From: Diadema antillarum
Lineage: Eukaryota
DNA: 64,000 nucleotides
Reading direction: 5' to 3'
NCBI RefSeq assembly: GCF_040938485.1
Contig: NW_027272004.1
Coordinates: 682,001 to 746,000, forward strand
In this document: piece by piece, positions 1-12,865 of the stretch
How the letters are laid out: each line of letters begins with the position of its first letter
Numbering within the stretch: position 1 is the stretch's first letter
Translations under genes and position numbers: made by a program
Notes under the pieces: generated by a model
What the model saw: only the letters and a program-made list of their open reading frames with translations
The model's database searches: none
Told to the model about the DNA's origin: nothing

Positions 1-2661
1 TGCTCTAGGAGCAAGGGAGCTAGAAATGCTCTCCGACTGTTCACACTTGACTGCAACGTTTCATTTACGACACGGATGTTGAAATCTTGTTTATCGATCG
101 AAGGACAGGGAATCGGTATTGATCGATATTCTTTTCCGAGGTGTGGGGCTTTGATACACAGAGGAGCAGAGTTTAATCAGACCAAAACCACAAGGAACTA
201 AGATCTATTCTTACTGAGAGCGAGTGTGGGCGGAAGGGGTGTTATAGAAGTGCCGGTGGAGAAATGTTGATGACACAGACGCCAGAGAGAAAAGAGAAGA
301 CAGCTGAGAGAAAGAGAGATGTTCAAGCCATGCAGATAGCTGAGACACATTTCCTAATCAAGTGCATTTTAATCATGCTAATACACGTTCTGCGACTGTA
401 CTTTTGGAGCTGAATGTTAATGCAAATGTCAATATAATCTATCTCACTTGTTCTGTCTGTCTGTCTGTCTCTCATTCTCTAAATTTGTCTTTCCATCATT
501 CAATTCTCATCAGCAATTTAGACAGCCCATGGTCATTCTTGCGTTCTAGAATGCTAATGAAAGTTTTGATTCGTTTGATGAGAGGGTGTTGTGTCATCAA
601 ATCAGTAAAAATAGCCTTCGTCCTGAAAGGACTGAATCATGTCAACTGCGCGTCACTGTCATTACGAAACAAATACAGGGGGAGGGGGTACTACTGACTA
701 ATCAAGCAGATGCTAATACTTTACTGATCAATTCCATATTTTTTACATCTTATTCCGTGAATGAAATAGCTACATGTGTTTGAAATAACTAGATTGTTCT
801 TTGACTCTTATTTTAGCGATATCTAAAAAAAGTGAAAATGATGAGTTGACGAGAGTAATGTTTGCATAATATTTTAAACATATGACATTTATAAACTCAA
901 CCGAAATGAAACCAAAATTTTGACGTTATTGACAATAATGTCATTCGGAACAATGGAAACACAATCGACTGTGATGAATCTTAATTCAATCAAATATTTT
1001 CATTATGTGATAAAACCCCAAATCATATATTTCTTATATTCTTCTGGTTACAGAGTACTGGAGATTAGCTGAATGCTAATTGCTTACACGTCCGAAAATT
1101 CCAGCACATTATCATATAGGCGCCGAGATTCGTATAGACAAGGACGTCACTAGCTTAGATATAGCGTCACTATTCTATTAACCTTAATTGATGAATCTCA
1201 TTGGGTACATAATATGCTGTTGTTATGTTCAGCTAATGAAAAAACAAAATCATTACAATTGTGCCAAAGATGGTTGGTAATTTGCGTCGCTGTTTGGATG
1301 GAAGTGACGCCCTCAATACGAGCGTGGGAAAAGCTCCTGAGGAGAAGAAGATGGAATACCCGGGTGAATGCCTGATCAGCAGACTGGCCTTGGCTTGAAA
1401 TGAAAATGAGTCTCACACTCCATCGGGAACCTAAAGTCTAGCATGGAATGGGAGGAGTCATTTCCAAATGATATTGCTTTGGCTTAGGTAAACGATGAAC
1501 GGGACGACTCGAGTAAAACTCCCACAAGAAAAAAAAAAATCAAATGCCCAAACGCCCATCCTAGTGTTTGTAATCAAATGGTGAACTTTGGAGTGCAAAA
1601 GTGAGGCAATTGTTCTGTATAAATTGACAAGATTTGCGGAACAGAGTCATCGAGAAGGCAATTTGAGCCTTGTGACGTCACTCTTATTTTTAAAGACGAC
1701 TATCAATAATGCCAAGTACTCGTCGTTTATGACTAAAAAGTGCTGACTGCTATGATGAACGACTGTCGAGAAGCAAAGATAGGCCTAAATTGGCTCCAAT
1801 AACACTCCAAATAAAGCATCACGTGACTTGGTGAGGTTCTGGAATCGACGCGACTTCCCCCCTAAGCAGGCATGACTGATCGCCGTGTCTCTCGGGCAGC
1901 GAATTTAGTCTTGGGGCAGGGGCAATAAGGCTGCACACACCTTGCCAAGTCTTTGTATTAAGGGTAAAAAGTCTGACAGTGATTGCAGACATAGGGCTGG
2001 TCATCGCAGCTTTCCATTTCCATTTTTAGAAAACGAAGTGCTAACAAGCTTTTTTCTTCTTCTATTTCTCTAAATCGGAGATGTCATAGTTCGGTTCATT
2101 AATTAGCATGGGACTTTGGGTCATTTTTCTTGGACGGTGATAAATTTAGATCCAACGTGACGTGAGTTTCCGTGCATGCAGACATTCATGTGTGTAAAGT
2201 TAAGCTGTTTTGGAATCGACATACCAAACAGACAGGAAGAACAATTCCACGGCAATAGTCACAGTGCTAGAAGAAAAGCTAACAGCGTTTTGTTTGTCTT
2301 TCAGGCTGTAGGGTCTATGCCGGGGTCCGTGTCTTGAGTTTGTAGAATGTCGCTGCCTGTAAATACACGGGACTATGCGTACTGAGCTCCTCAGCAAACC
2401 AACCAATGGGGCAGAGGGTGCAAACAGGGAGACTAATGGAAACCGAAAGAGATGGAGCCCCGTCCAGAGCCGGTCCGTGACAGGGCGAGATTAAGTCTGT
2501 ACGATACACCAAGTGACGGCCACGAATAGTGGTTATCATTTACACTTGCTTCTCGCGTCAGCTAAGATTTGCGAAATCCAGGGATTGACAAGGGCAGATT
2601 CAATCCATCGAGTCAATTTCAATGTCAATTTTCGTCTTATAGAAATACGACAAGAAGAGAT

Positions 2662-2677
2662 AGAGAGAGAGAGAGAG
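2662..2677. repeat. (GA)n microsatellite inside a purine-rich tract
   Basis: agagagagagagagag, followed by G/A-rich sequence to about 2740. Confidence 0.9.
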
Positions 2678-5600
2678 GGGGAGATGGAGAGAGGGAGGGG
2701 TTGAATGAGAGGAAGGATTAAAAAGAAGAGGGAAAGAAAGAACCAGAGGTGGCGCAGGATTAACTTCAGGATTTCACTTCTCATGGAAATGAACTGACTG
2801 TGCCAGGAAGAATCTTTTCTTTTTGCCTATTTAAGATGAGAAACAAATTTGCATAAATTCAGGTGATTGTTCAAGTGAGCGTGTTTCCTGTGCCATTGTG
2901 TGTTCGTGGTTAATTAGGATTTACCTGAGCGAGGACACACCACTCTCTCGTAGTTCTTTAAATCTCCAAGACCAATGGAGATTTGGTCATTCATATGTAT
3001 GGTCAAACAAGAGGCAGAGGGGGATTTTTAGTCGGTCCAGTGACAATCATTATGCGTGATATTTACTCAACATAGTGGGACGTCATACCGACAGTCTCAT
3101 AGAATTTTTGCTCTTGATTCGGCGCCCTTAAACTGGGAACATAGTTGAAAAAGAAGAAGTAGACGAAGGGAAAAAAAGTCTTTCTCGCCAGTCTCTGTTG
3201 AGTCAACTTCTAGAGGTAAAGACGCTGATGTAAGCGTGATAAATTTCTAATAATCGCGTCAAAGATAAACAGTGACAGAAAATTGTGTTAGCTTTTACAA
3301 AGCTCGTTTCCTTCGCTGAAAGCAAAAAAAAAAAATGTATTAGCAATTTCAATAAATTCTGGAAGCATCAGCTACATTATGCGTACGTTACTATTTCAAA
3401 CAAGTTTATTTTAACCTTATGAACAAGACTCAAATTCAAGTAAGAGGTATCAAACAGCATTAAGACTGATGTGAACCATGAGTGTTATTATACTTCATGA
3501 ATATGTGTTTTATAAAAGTATTTATGTATCTATTAACTTATAAAATTCTGCTCACTTTCTTATTGTTAACTGCACTTATCAATCTATCAATATTTTACTC
3601 ATGTGTGTGTTAATCTTATTTATTTGCATGTTGTGTGGCAATAAAACAATGCAAAGTGCTTGCCGGTTATTGCAAAGACAATACTGGCTAAAAAAGGCAA
3701 TGACTTAAGAAATTGTCTCGTTCGGTTTTCTACATGACTTAGTGTCAAAGTTTCATCAGACATATATAGTGTCAGTCAAAAAAGTGTAAACCAATATCTG
3801 ATGAGTAAGTGAGAATAGTCTTCTTTTGCCAGACCGTCGGCTGATTACTGCATCATTAAAGAGAAAAACAAGAACTCTGTCTTGCATCATTCTAGGAAAG
3901 ATTATCATTGCATGATGGAAACGGATGTTTTTGAAGGCCATCAAAGAAAATAGAAAGAAAGAAAAAAACCACCCGCAAATCAAAATGATCAGCCTCAACA
4001 AAAACAGCCTAATTAAATGGAAAAGGAAAGAGGGAGAGACTAACCGAGGATAAAACAAAAGATAACCTGTAAATTCATTACATTAATGACATCAATGGTA
4101 CTATTAGATAAGCCAAGCTTGATTTATCATTCGCCTTCTGTATAGAATTGAAGATTATTCATAACAAGTGTCACAAGTCATCAGCCAAAGCGTCTGATGT
4201 GTGATCATTTTCTAGCAGTAATGTGACAATAATGCAGGAAAGTCTGAATGTGCGTCATCTCAGCTAAAAATGCATGAATTGCGTCCCTAAACATAGCTTC
4301 TATCTAAATTGCACTGCTCATTCTACACGCTCACATTAACGAGAAAAACGACCGTGTGCAATAAAGGTCAAGTTTTTACACACAAGATATCCACTCAACC
4401 AGTATAGAGAATACTGTATGGAGAGTGAATTGACTAAAACAAAAATGACATCTCGAACACCCCAAGGCAAGTATTGATTCTTAAACTTTTACGAAGGAAG
4501 CATTGTTTTCACTACGTAATAAGGTCCTTCTCTATTGAATTTTCAAATCGTTCTCAATTAAAAAAAAAATATGATGAAAATAATGGAAATCATAGATATT
4601 GGGCTGGACAATGGCTTTGATACCGATATAATTAATAAGGAAATAGTAATTATCGCACATGGATAACAAAAAATCAACCTATGCAATATCTTTATACATA
4701 CTTATTCATTCCTTGCATTATGCATTGTTTGTGTGATGACGTTTGACACGTAAGTTTAGTTATGACTGAAGAATAATTGGAGAACGTTTCTTTGATGCGT
4801 TTTCTATTCCATCATGAACGGTTTGTTTTGTTCGTCTTGATATTTTAGGCTATTCATCAACTCGATCAACACATGAACAAATACCCCCTCAAAAAAATAC
4901 TATTCAAACAAAGTCAGGCCATGGTCGTATGTTTCCTCTTGACTAGTCTACCGTCACTGACCGTGTTGATGGAAGAACATACGTAATAGGTTATTGCTGC
5001 TAGTCTGTCGATTAAAGTTCAATGATCATGATTATAAGAAAAATGCTCCTTTCTTCCCCTGAGCTGACCAATCTATGAAAGTGAAATAAAAAAAATGATT
5101 TCTCTATTTATCCATGTATCCCATGGCAACGATTCGTGCTGTTGACACGTTTCCACAATCTCCCCAACGAAATCGAATGGATCTGTTTATAACATTTTTC
5201 CCAATCCCCATTTTAGCGAGTTTTCATTCTGCACCTGTTTTGGAGGAGTTGATCCCAAGAAAACGTCACAATAGCGAGCTTTGTCCACGAGGGAAACCTT
5301 TCAGTAGAGTTTCACCTCGTGCTTTCCTTATTTATATGCCAACCGCTTAATATAACCATCGCTTGGCAGCAAAGAGAAAATGAAATCCAGCACGTCATAT
5401 TCGACATGAAAGAAACCTATTTGAACGTCATAAAGTGAGATACAATCTCAGCAATGACACCATTTGCCGATCTCCCTCATGACGCCTATCTTTTGCTGTT
5501 TCGAAAATCTCTCAACAACGAACACTAAGCTCTATGACGTAAACAATAACCGGATGAATAAGGGGCGTGGCACAATTTCGCTGAAATCCGAGGTTGTTGG

Positions 5601-7248
5601 AAACTGTGGCAAGTGATGAACAGTCAGTGATTCTAAGAACATCGATCCGTGATAGCTTCATTTTGCTGAATGTTTGACGTAGGGCTGCTCTCCTTCTCGA
5701 TAGAAATGTTTTTTTTTTGTTTTTTTTTAAGCAAAAGGAGAAACAGTTCGTTTGCCTTTCCTGAAGTTTTAAAATGTGATCACTAACAGGTTATCATGCT
5801 CCAACAGCCTTCAAATCACATGGCAGTTATCAATCAAGCCTCAACCCCCCCCCCCCCCCCCCGGAAGAAAAAGGGGGGAAAACAAGAAGCCAAGAGGAAC
5901 ACTAAAGAGGTTAGCTGCTCTACATGGCACGCACGCCTTGCGGACGCCCGATGATGGTAGCTCTAGCCTCCATCCCAGGCTCGTACGCATTATCTCTCTA
6001 CCCTCTAAAGAGTTCGAGGAAGCTAGGGATGTAGGGAGACATCGACAGTAGAGTGAGAGCGAAATGAGAATGTGCCTGTAGGATTACCTGTGCGTATTTC
6101 ATGTCGGTTCTCTAAACAAATAGACACTCGGAAATAGCGTACCTAGCGTAATGCGATGGATTATAGACCGCACTGATTATAAACAAAACTCATTTATTTG
6201 CACCGCTCTCAGGAGTGATAGGAGGAGCGATGGGGGAGGGGAAGGAAGTGGAGGGGGGGGGGGGGGAGCCGCTTTCCAAATAAGCGCCAAAGGAAGTCTT
6301 CTTTTCACAAGCACTCCTAAGGGAAGTTCAAAGTACATGGATCTTCCAAATGGGATACAAAATACGATACAAGTCCCACAAAACAAAACAATACGAAGCA
6401 TTCTAAAAGTTGAAGGCATACCACAAGAATGTACGAATCACTTATTTGTAGATACTCAACTTTCCTTGGTCAATAAAATAAAAAAATAAGTACAACTTTG
6501 TTCAAGGGAAATATACAATCTTAACATTGCGATTTCATATGTCTGTAATTTTTTCCGTACAGTACGTGGAGAGCTCTTCAAATAATTCCTATGCTTAATT
6601 GAAAATGCATAGAAGGCAGAATTCCTTTCGTGTAAACATATCGAGCATTCCCGAAGGAAGCCACACGATGAGAGGATAGACACGCACTATCCGTCAAGCT
6701 CAACGGGCAAAGAAGTACCTTGACCTCACATCAACATGCTGCTGTAGTAATGCCTGTAAAGTGGTAAAGCCGTCAGGAAAAAAAAAATCGTCCATGTAAC
6801 TTAAACATCACATACATCCTTGACTCAGACAATATGCGGAGATGAATGATATATATATATATGTTATATTAATGAATGTATATATTCCATTGAATGTATA
6901 TATTCCATTGAATGTCAATAGATATATCTCAAATATCGCAGCACTCGCCTTGTGGGGCAAACAGTAAAACCCACGGGAGACCAAAGACAAAATCACATTT
7001 GATAGTCTGCATGTCACATTTTGTATGTCTGTCGCATAAAACACTATACTTTGTAGTACTTAAAAACTTATTTAAAGATAAAAGAACAATAATTTTGAAA
7101 GAAATACTAGACACCCCATAATGCAATTAAGTGTCACAGCTCATGCAAGGATCTTGCAGGAGTGTTGATTATTGGAAAGATCGTAACGCGACACACAATG
7201 TATAATTCTTGATAACAGAGCAAGTATGTCGAATCCAATGAGAAAGAT

Positions 7249-7575
7249 GGGTGATGTTCGTTATTTTGAAGGTTCGTGATTTCGAAAAAGAAACAAGGTT
7301 GGTCATTCCAACAAACGTTCGTGAATCCAAAACTAAAAAGAAAAAAGAGATGTGCTTACTACGGGACCCTTTTGATTACTAAAATTATTTTGCTGTCGGA
7401 TTAACGAACGTTCGGAATAACTAACCCTTTTTTGATTCGAGGATGAGCGAATCTTCGAAACGACGAATCTTATTTCACTTTCGGTACTACAAAAGTTTAG
7501 GAATAATGAATATCGGCATAACGAACCTTCGGAGTAACGAATCCTCGGATTAAACGAACCTTCAGAATAACAAAC
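7249..7575. mobile_element. Degenerate foldback/MITE-like element built from TTCGGAATAACGAACC subrepeats
   Basis: Starts GGGTGATGTTCGTTATTTTGAAGG, resembling the reverse complement of the right terminus of the 45.5-kb copy (GGGTGTTGTTCACTATTCCGAAGG). The left part carries GGTTCGT-type units and the right part carries TTCGGAATAACGAACC-type units. The right boundary is approximate. Confidence 0.7.
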
Positions 7576-8959
7576 ATTTGAGCACTCCTCCGGTTCGCCA
7601 GGTGGGTGTTGCAGCATTAGGTCTGTTATCCCCATGCCCGAATTATACATGAGTGAATGTTGAGTTACCTGTTTTCTCTTGCTTTCTTTTGATTCTAAAC
7701 ACTCTATCTTCTCGTACTTCTTCCCTTGGTAATCTGCCAAAGTTTTTAGTTTTAGTCCGGTCTGCACAGACTCTAAAAAACAACAAAATATCCATCAAAT
7801 CAGTTTCTCTCTAAACCTGCACATCAGCAGATAATCTAACCGTTATGAATAAATAACTGAGAAATGCGCTCATTGCACTCAGGGAAGCGGGCTTTCACAA
7901 GGCATCTGGAATCTCGCAGAGTATCACTATGATTACGGAATAATTGAAAATAAAATTCAATTGTATTTCTCCCCAAAAGGTTTAACCTCTTTATCAAAGA
8001 TAATTTCAATTACTATGAGTTCCCTTTCTTGCCCTGGAAGAACGCCTTAAATGATTAAGAAAGTTTGCATTAATCTCTAAATGAAATGCTAATATTTAAT
8101 CATAATTGTAGCTACCATCAATGATTGGACAAACATGTTAATATGCATTAAAGGGGACATCTTTAAGAGTCATACTTAATAAAATCCTTCTATAACTTGT
8201 TGACGACTTTTTTTTAGGTTGTCGTTACTTTTCCATGTATTTCTACCTTTCCAAACTCTGCTCCCTAATGTATGGAAGTCCAATTTCCCTCTTCCTTGGA
8301 TCACGACTGTATCCATCGTTAAGGTTTATTTTTTTTCTATCTCTCCTTCTCTCTCTCTCTCTCTTCGTGTCTCTTCTCTTCCTATCTCTGACTGTCAGCT
8401 GAGGATGAAGAGCAAACAGTGTCTTCGGCATAGTCGCTGCACTCCGAGCGCTCAAGAGGGGTATTTGTGTCCACCTCTCCGGCATGCACACGAAGTGTTC
8501 GGTGGTACAAGATCACCCCGTCAACAGGTGCACCGATCGCTTTTTGGGCTGAAACACTAGCCGAGGGAGAAACGGGTCGGAGAAAACATCCGCCATTGTC
8601 GCAATGTGAGGATGAGGCACGGGGGCTTCAGCTTTCCAGAAGACTTACCGGCATTTTCGAATGGATAGCCGTGTTGCTTTGCAGCTAATAAGACATGTAA
8701 TAGATTGTGTATAAAGCTATACAGGGAGAGTGAGAGAAGCATGCCGATGCATTTTACAGAAAACAGTACACACGACAGGGCGTCTTTACAAAGCAAGGTA
8801 TCCCTACACTATTTGTCTCGGCTTATTTGGAATGGGTATTCTACGATACCCAGCGCCAATACTCTCCAATTTCATTTACCTCACTTGCCCGCAATTATCG
8901 TGATTATAATCATTCCTTTGGTCTTATTGAATTCTATCTTTTTGCATATTATCAACAAT

Positions 8960-9246
8960 CACTGCTGCTATAATCACCATCATTTGTTCACAGCAGAAAC
9001 CATTCTTTGTCATATCAAGCGGAATTTGCAAACTCACAAAAGACGTTGATTTCAAGGTTTTTAAACATTAACTTGTATTCCGTTGATCTTACTTGTTTCC
9101 ATTTTTTTTTTTTTGGTGCAAATCATTTAACAAACACTGCTGCTGTAATCGCCATCATTTGGTCATAGCAGAAACCATTCATTGTGATTTCAAGCAGAAC
9201 TTGCATGCAAACTCACAAAAGACGTTGATCTCAAGGTTTCGAAACA
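8960..9246. repeat. Diverged direct duplication of about 110 bp (8960-9067 and 9135-9246)
   Basis: Both copies read CACTGCTGCT.TAATC.CCATCATTTG.TCA.AGCAGAAACCATTC...GCAAACTCACAAAAGACGTTGAT.TCAAGGTTT..AAACA. Confidence 0.9.
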
Positions 9247-9599
9247 ATAAATCCATTATCACGTGAGCAACTTGCACGTTGCATAGTACCTCCTGCAGGA
9301 CACGTATTTCCATTCAATTTTACTGGGGAGGGGAAGCGATCTGATACTTTACTTTGAATGTGTTCATTACGTTTTATGGTTTACATACATCCCTTTCTAA
9401 TAATTACAATAATTTTCGAAAGTCCATCCGCCGATTCTGCCTACTTCGTCTTCTTGTTTTTACCTCATTGCCATGAATATTTGAGATTGGTTCTTGTATA
9501 CTGATCGTTTATTTGGGCTTACGGCTTCACAGCACCAACCATCCTAGTGTATGTTATCAACTACCTCTTAAGGGTTTAAGGTTCATGTAAAGCTTCACT

Positions 9600-9652
9600 T
9601 TCATTCATTCATTCATTCATTCATTCATTCATTCATTCATTCATCCATTCAT
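9600..9652. repeat. (TTCA)n microsatellite
   Basis: About 13 units visible directly. Confidence 0.95.
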
Positions 9653-10352
9653 TATTTCTTTCTTTATTTTAATTCATTCATTCTTTCTCATTGTAATTCT
9701 AACATTAATAATTTCAAAACGATTTTTTTTTTCTCTCACGTAGATGCAGTTCGCTTCTGTATTTTGGGTGAGTAAGATATTTTCACTACAATGTGAGAAC
9801 CACTTTTAAAAGATGTAGGTCTTTGAGGCTGCAGAGCTTTGTACTTCCCTTCTCAATGCCGACCGAAAGGCATCTAGAGGGAAATTCTCCGTCTTCATCG
9901 CCTCTAGTTTTTTCTTTCAGCTGATTATGCGTCTTGATCTTATTATTGGCGCTGTGCGAACCGCCTTTAGATGATAAGCTTGGTATTTTGTAGCAACCTT
10001 TAAGGCTAGGGCAAAGGGTAATAACGAATCTAGAGCAGACAATGGAATACGGTACCGTGTGTGAGAATGAGCAGAACCAGTCAGAACGTTTCAGGCGTCG
10101 AATAAAACAGCTGCCTCTTGTGCCATTCCATTTAATTAACAAACTTTATTACTTCCCCGGTTCCCCTGCTACGGAGTGAAAATTCACGGTTGGCACGACA
10201 GAAGAACGCACAAATCGCAAACCAGAGACAGACCGTACGGCGTTTTTTTCACAACCCACTTCATTCCTATGCAGATAACATAATCTGATTCTGCTAACAA
10301 TGTAGACATGTCTGCGTTTCCCCATCCGTCACACATAAAGTAGATACATATA

Positions 10353-11827
10353 GGGTACATGCAGGTAATATGAGACTGCAGGTAATATGGCACGCGTGAC
10401 TTAAAAACCCTTATTACTCCACCTGAACCACTTCCAAAATGCATATAGCGCCATCTATAGTTTTATATCATCACTGTGCTTAGTTCTTGATGATTTTCCT
10501 GCTCGCTGACTGAAAGTTTGGTGAGAATATCACCAAATACTGAAAAGATATGTAAAAATTACAGTATTTTTTAGCCTTGATATAAGATTTGACATTTCAC
10601 CAATTACACTGGTGTAAGTAAAGTTATTGTGTGTGAAATCAATTCTTTGCATTTTACGTAAGCTCATTGATTGGTTTAACCAAATAAAGTGTGTTTTGGT
10701 CTATGTACAGCACTAAATATGTGTTATATGGCTTCAAAGGGGACCAACAAGACCCAACAAGCTGCAGGTAATATGAGACGTCAATATGGCGGACAGGTTT
10801 TATTGACATCTCTGATTTCAACTGACTTGCCTAATTAGATAGAAGCCAACATCAAAATACCTCATTTTCTTCTCTGACAGTTTTTTATATTCAAAGTATA
10901 TAAAAAATGTATCACAAAGTACAACACACAGCTATATGAACATGTATGTAAATTAATATTTGTGTACTTTAGATAGGGTGCTTCCAAATTAATGCCACAA
11001 TTAATTTGGTGTGCTATAATCTTTAGTTTAAGTGTTATTTTTTATATGTGTTAGATACTGTACACGATTACTTCAAACATTTGAATTCACAATTTTCATA
11101 GTTTTAACCATAAAAGACTGGGGTCTCAACGTTTTGTGTGATATTTCCGCGGTTTTTATTATTTTTTTATTCAATTTTCTTTTTGCAACTGAGCTAGGCC
11201 AGGCCTAGCTCAGTTGCAAAAAAAAAAAAAAAAGAATAATAAGATATAATAAAATGCCCATCAGGACTATCTTTTTTTCTTTGAACTTTTGTGCAACATT
11301 TGATACCTATTTTGTAAAAATAAAAGTAAAAGACCTTTACGTAATAATCTCATGTCGGTAATGAAATCTCATGTCGGCGTCAAATTTGAGAATTTCTGAG
11401 ATTTGTGTACAAACACACGGAAAATGGCGTTTCATGCTTAAAATCAATTTTTGGCTTAAAATTGTGTTATTTGTCTCAGTTTTAGATAATATTCATATGA
11501 TATCTATTAAAATTAAATAGTCAAACAACACCAATAGAAAAAAGTCATGAATTTAAGACATAAGATTGTCGTTTTAACATTGACACAATGTCTACCATGC
11601 ACAGTCTCATATTACCTGCACATGCAGGTAATATGAGACTTCTGCGATGATGTCATAATTTGCATATTAACTGTCAACAAAAATATTTGATTGGTGCAAA
11701 TGCTATATAAAAGGAAGGATGAATAGTTGCTAATTCCCAAAAACAAAGTTTGATGGGTTTCTCTATATGCATCTTCATGCCATTTATGCAAATGAGCTTA
11801 ATAGTCTCATATTACCTGCATGTACCC
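10353..11827. mobile_element. Non-autonomous DNA transposon, about 1.47 kb, with perfect 25-bp TIRs and a TA flank on both sides
   Basis: TA|GGGTACATGCAGGTAATATGAGACT (10351-10377) and AGTCTCATATTACCTGCATGTACCC|TA (11803-11829) are exact reverse complements. There is no internal ORF in the track. The TIR core recurs inside the element. Confidence 0.9.
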
Positions 11828-11829
11828 TA

Positions 11830-12865
11830 GTATAGGTTTCCCGTCCATTTTCGCACTTTTAAAAAGCCATTTCAAAGATCTTTCTATTCAAATTCGTCAC
11901 GAGAAGCACACAGAATGCAAATCCTGGCTCCAATTTATGCAATATAATTGTCGTTATAACTCGTTTTCGTCAACTATTTTCAAGGACATCGCATACGAAA
12001 TTGTCAGTTGTCATTGAAATTCATCCCCGCCGCTGACTGGAGAATGTAAGGATCAAATTCGTCTTTGTTCACACAATTTCATGAATTTTTCAAACGAACT
12101 AGTCAGATGCTATTGGTCTTTTATTGTGAGGGTAAACCAAATTTCAGCCGGTGCACTTTCTCCTGGTATTTGGCAGTCAGAGAACATTAAAAGCAGTAAA
12201 GACAACTTTGATCATGTCGTGGTAACATTTAGACTTCAGCTCTCTTGTTTCCTGATTTTATGTTGGTGCTTCTTATGTATGAAGCAATCTTTATTCAACA
12301 TGAAAATGACATTGAAACGGACTTAAACTCTAGGGCCCCACACATACAAAACTGTCTTTAATCATAATGTGCTTGAAAATCGTGGATCACTGTCTTCCCT
12401 TGTGTGACAAACATATCATTATGTTTGCATGTCTCCGTTTGTAATCTGATTAGAGTGTGTTTGTATGTGTGTGTGTGTGTTTGTGTGTGTACGTGTTTCT
12501 GTGGTTTTGTGTGTGTAGTGGTTGGGTACACGAGTGTGTATGTAACTCCTAAATGTGGAAAAGGTAAATGGTTGCAGGAAATGAAATAACCCGGAAATCA
12601 CAACAGAAAAGATGAATTTAAAGGAAAATTTAACGAAAGACGAAATTGCTTTTGCTGTTTTGTGTGCATCGAGTGTGACGGCCGAATTTGAGTTGTAAAT
12701 GACGAAAATGTGTGACAAATTACTAAATTGAATAGACTTTGTTAAAAAATGATGATTTTGAAAGTAGAATTGGCATATTCTAGATCTCTCGGGGCGAATT
12801 TGAACTACAAATCTATTAAATTAAATGAAAAAAGTTTGAAAATGAACGGGAAAACCTATTACCAT
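11830..12865. mobile_element. Old element with long degenerate inverted ends
   Basis: Left end ATAGGTTTCCCGTCCATTTTCGCACTTTT...AGATC...TTCAAATTCGTCACGAGA aligns by eye with the reverse complement of about 12780-12863 (ATAGGTTTTCCCGTTCATTTTCAAACTTTT...AGATT...TTCAAATTCGCCCCGAGA). Confidence 0.55.

Noticed and set aside
400-432. Minus-strand frame reading DICINIQ, resembling the recalled KICIND of the SS2 mature peptide
   Set aside because: It continues LQKYSRRTC with no WKGRG, no dibasic cleavage site and no acidic pro-region; a chance match.
7333-7767. 144-aa ORF with RYSEGS repeats (likewise 45624-45815)
   Set aside because: A translation of the TTCGGAATAACGAACC subrepeat of the foldback elements.
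8221-8280. Minus-strand VWKGRN, resembling WKGRG
   Set aside because: No flanking cysteines or KR site, and it sits in AT-rich non-coding context.
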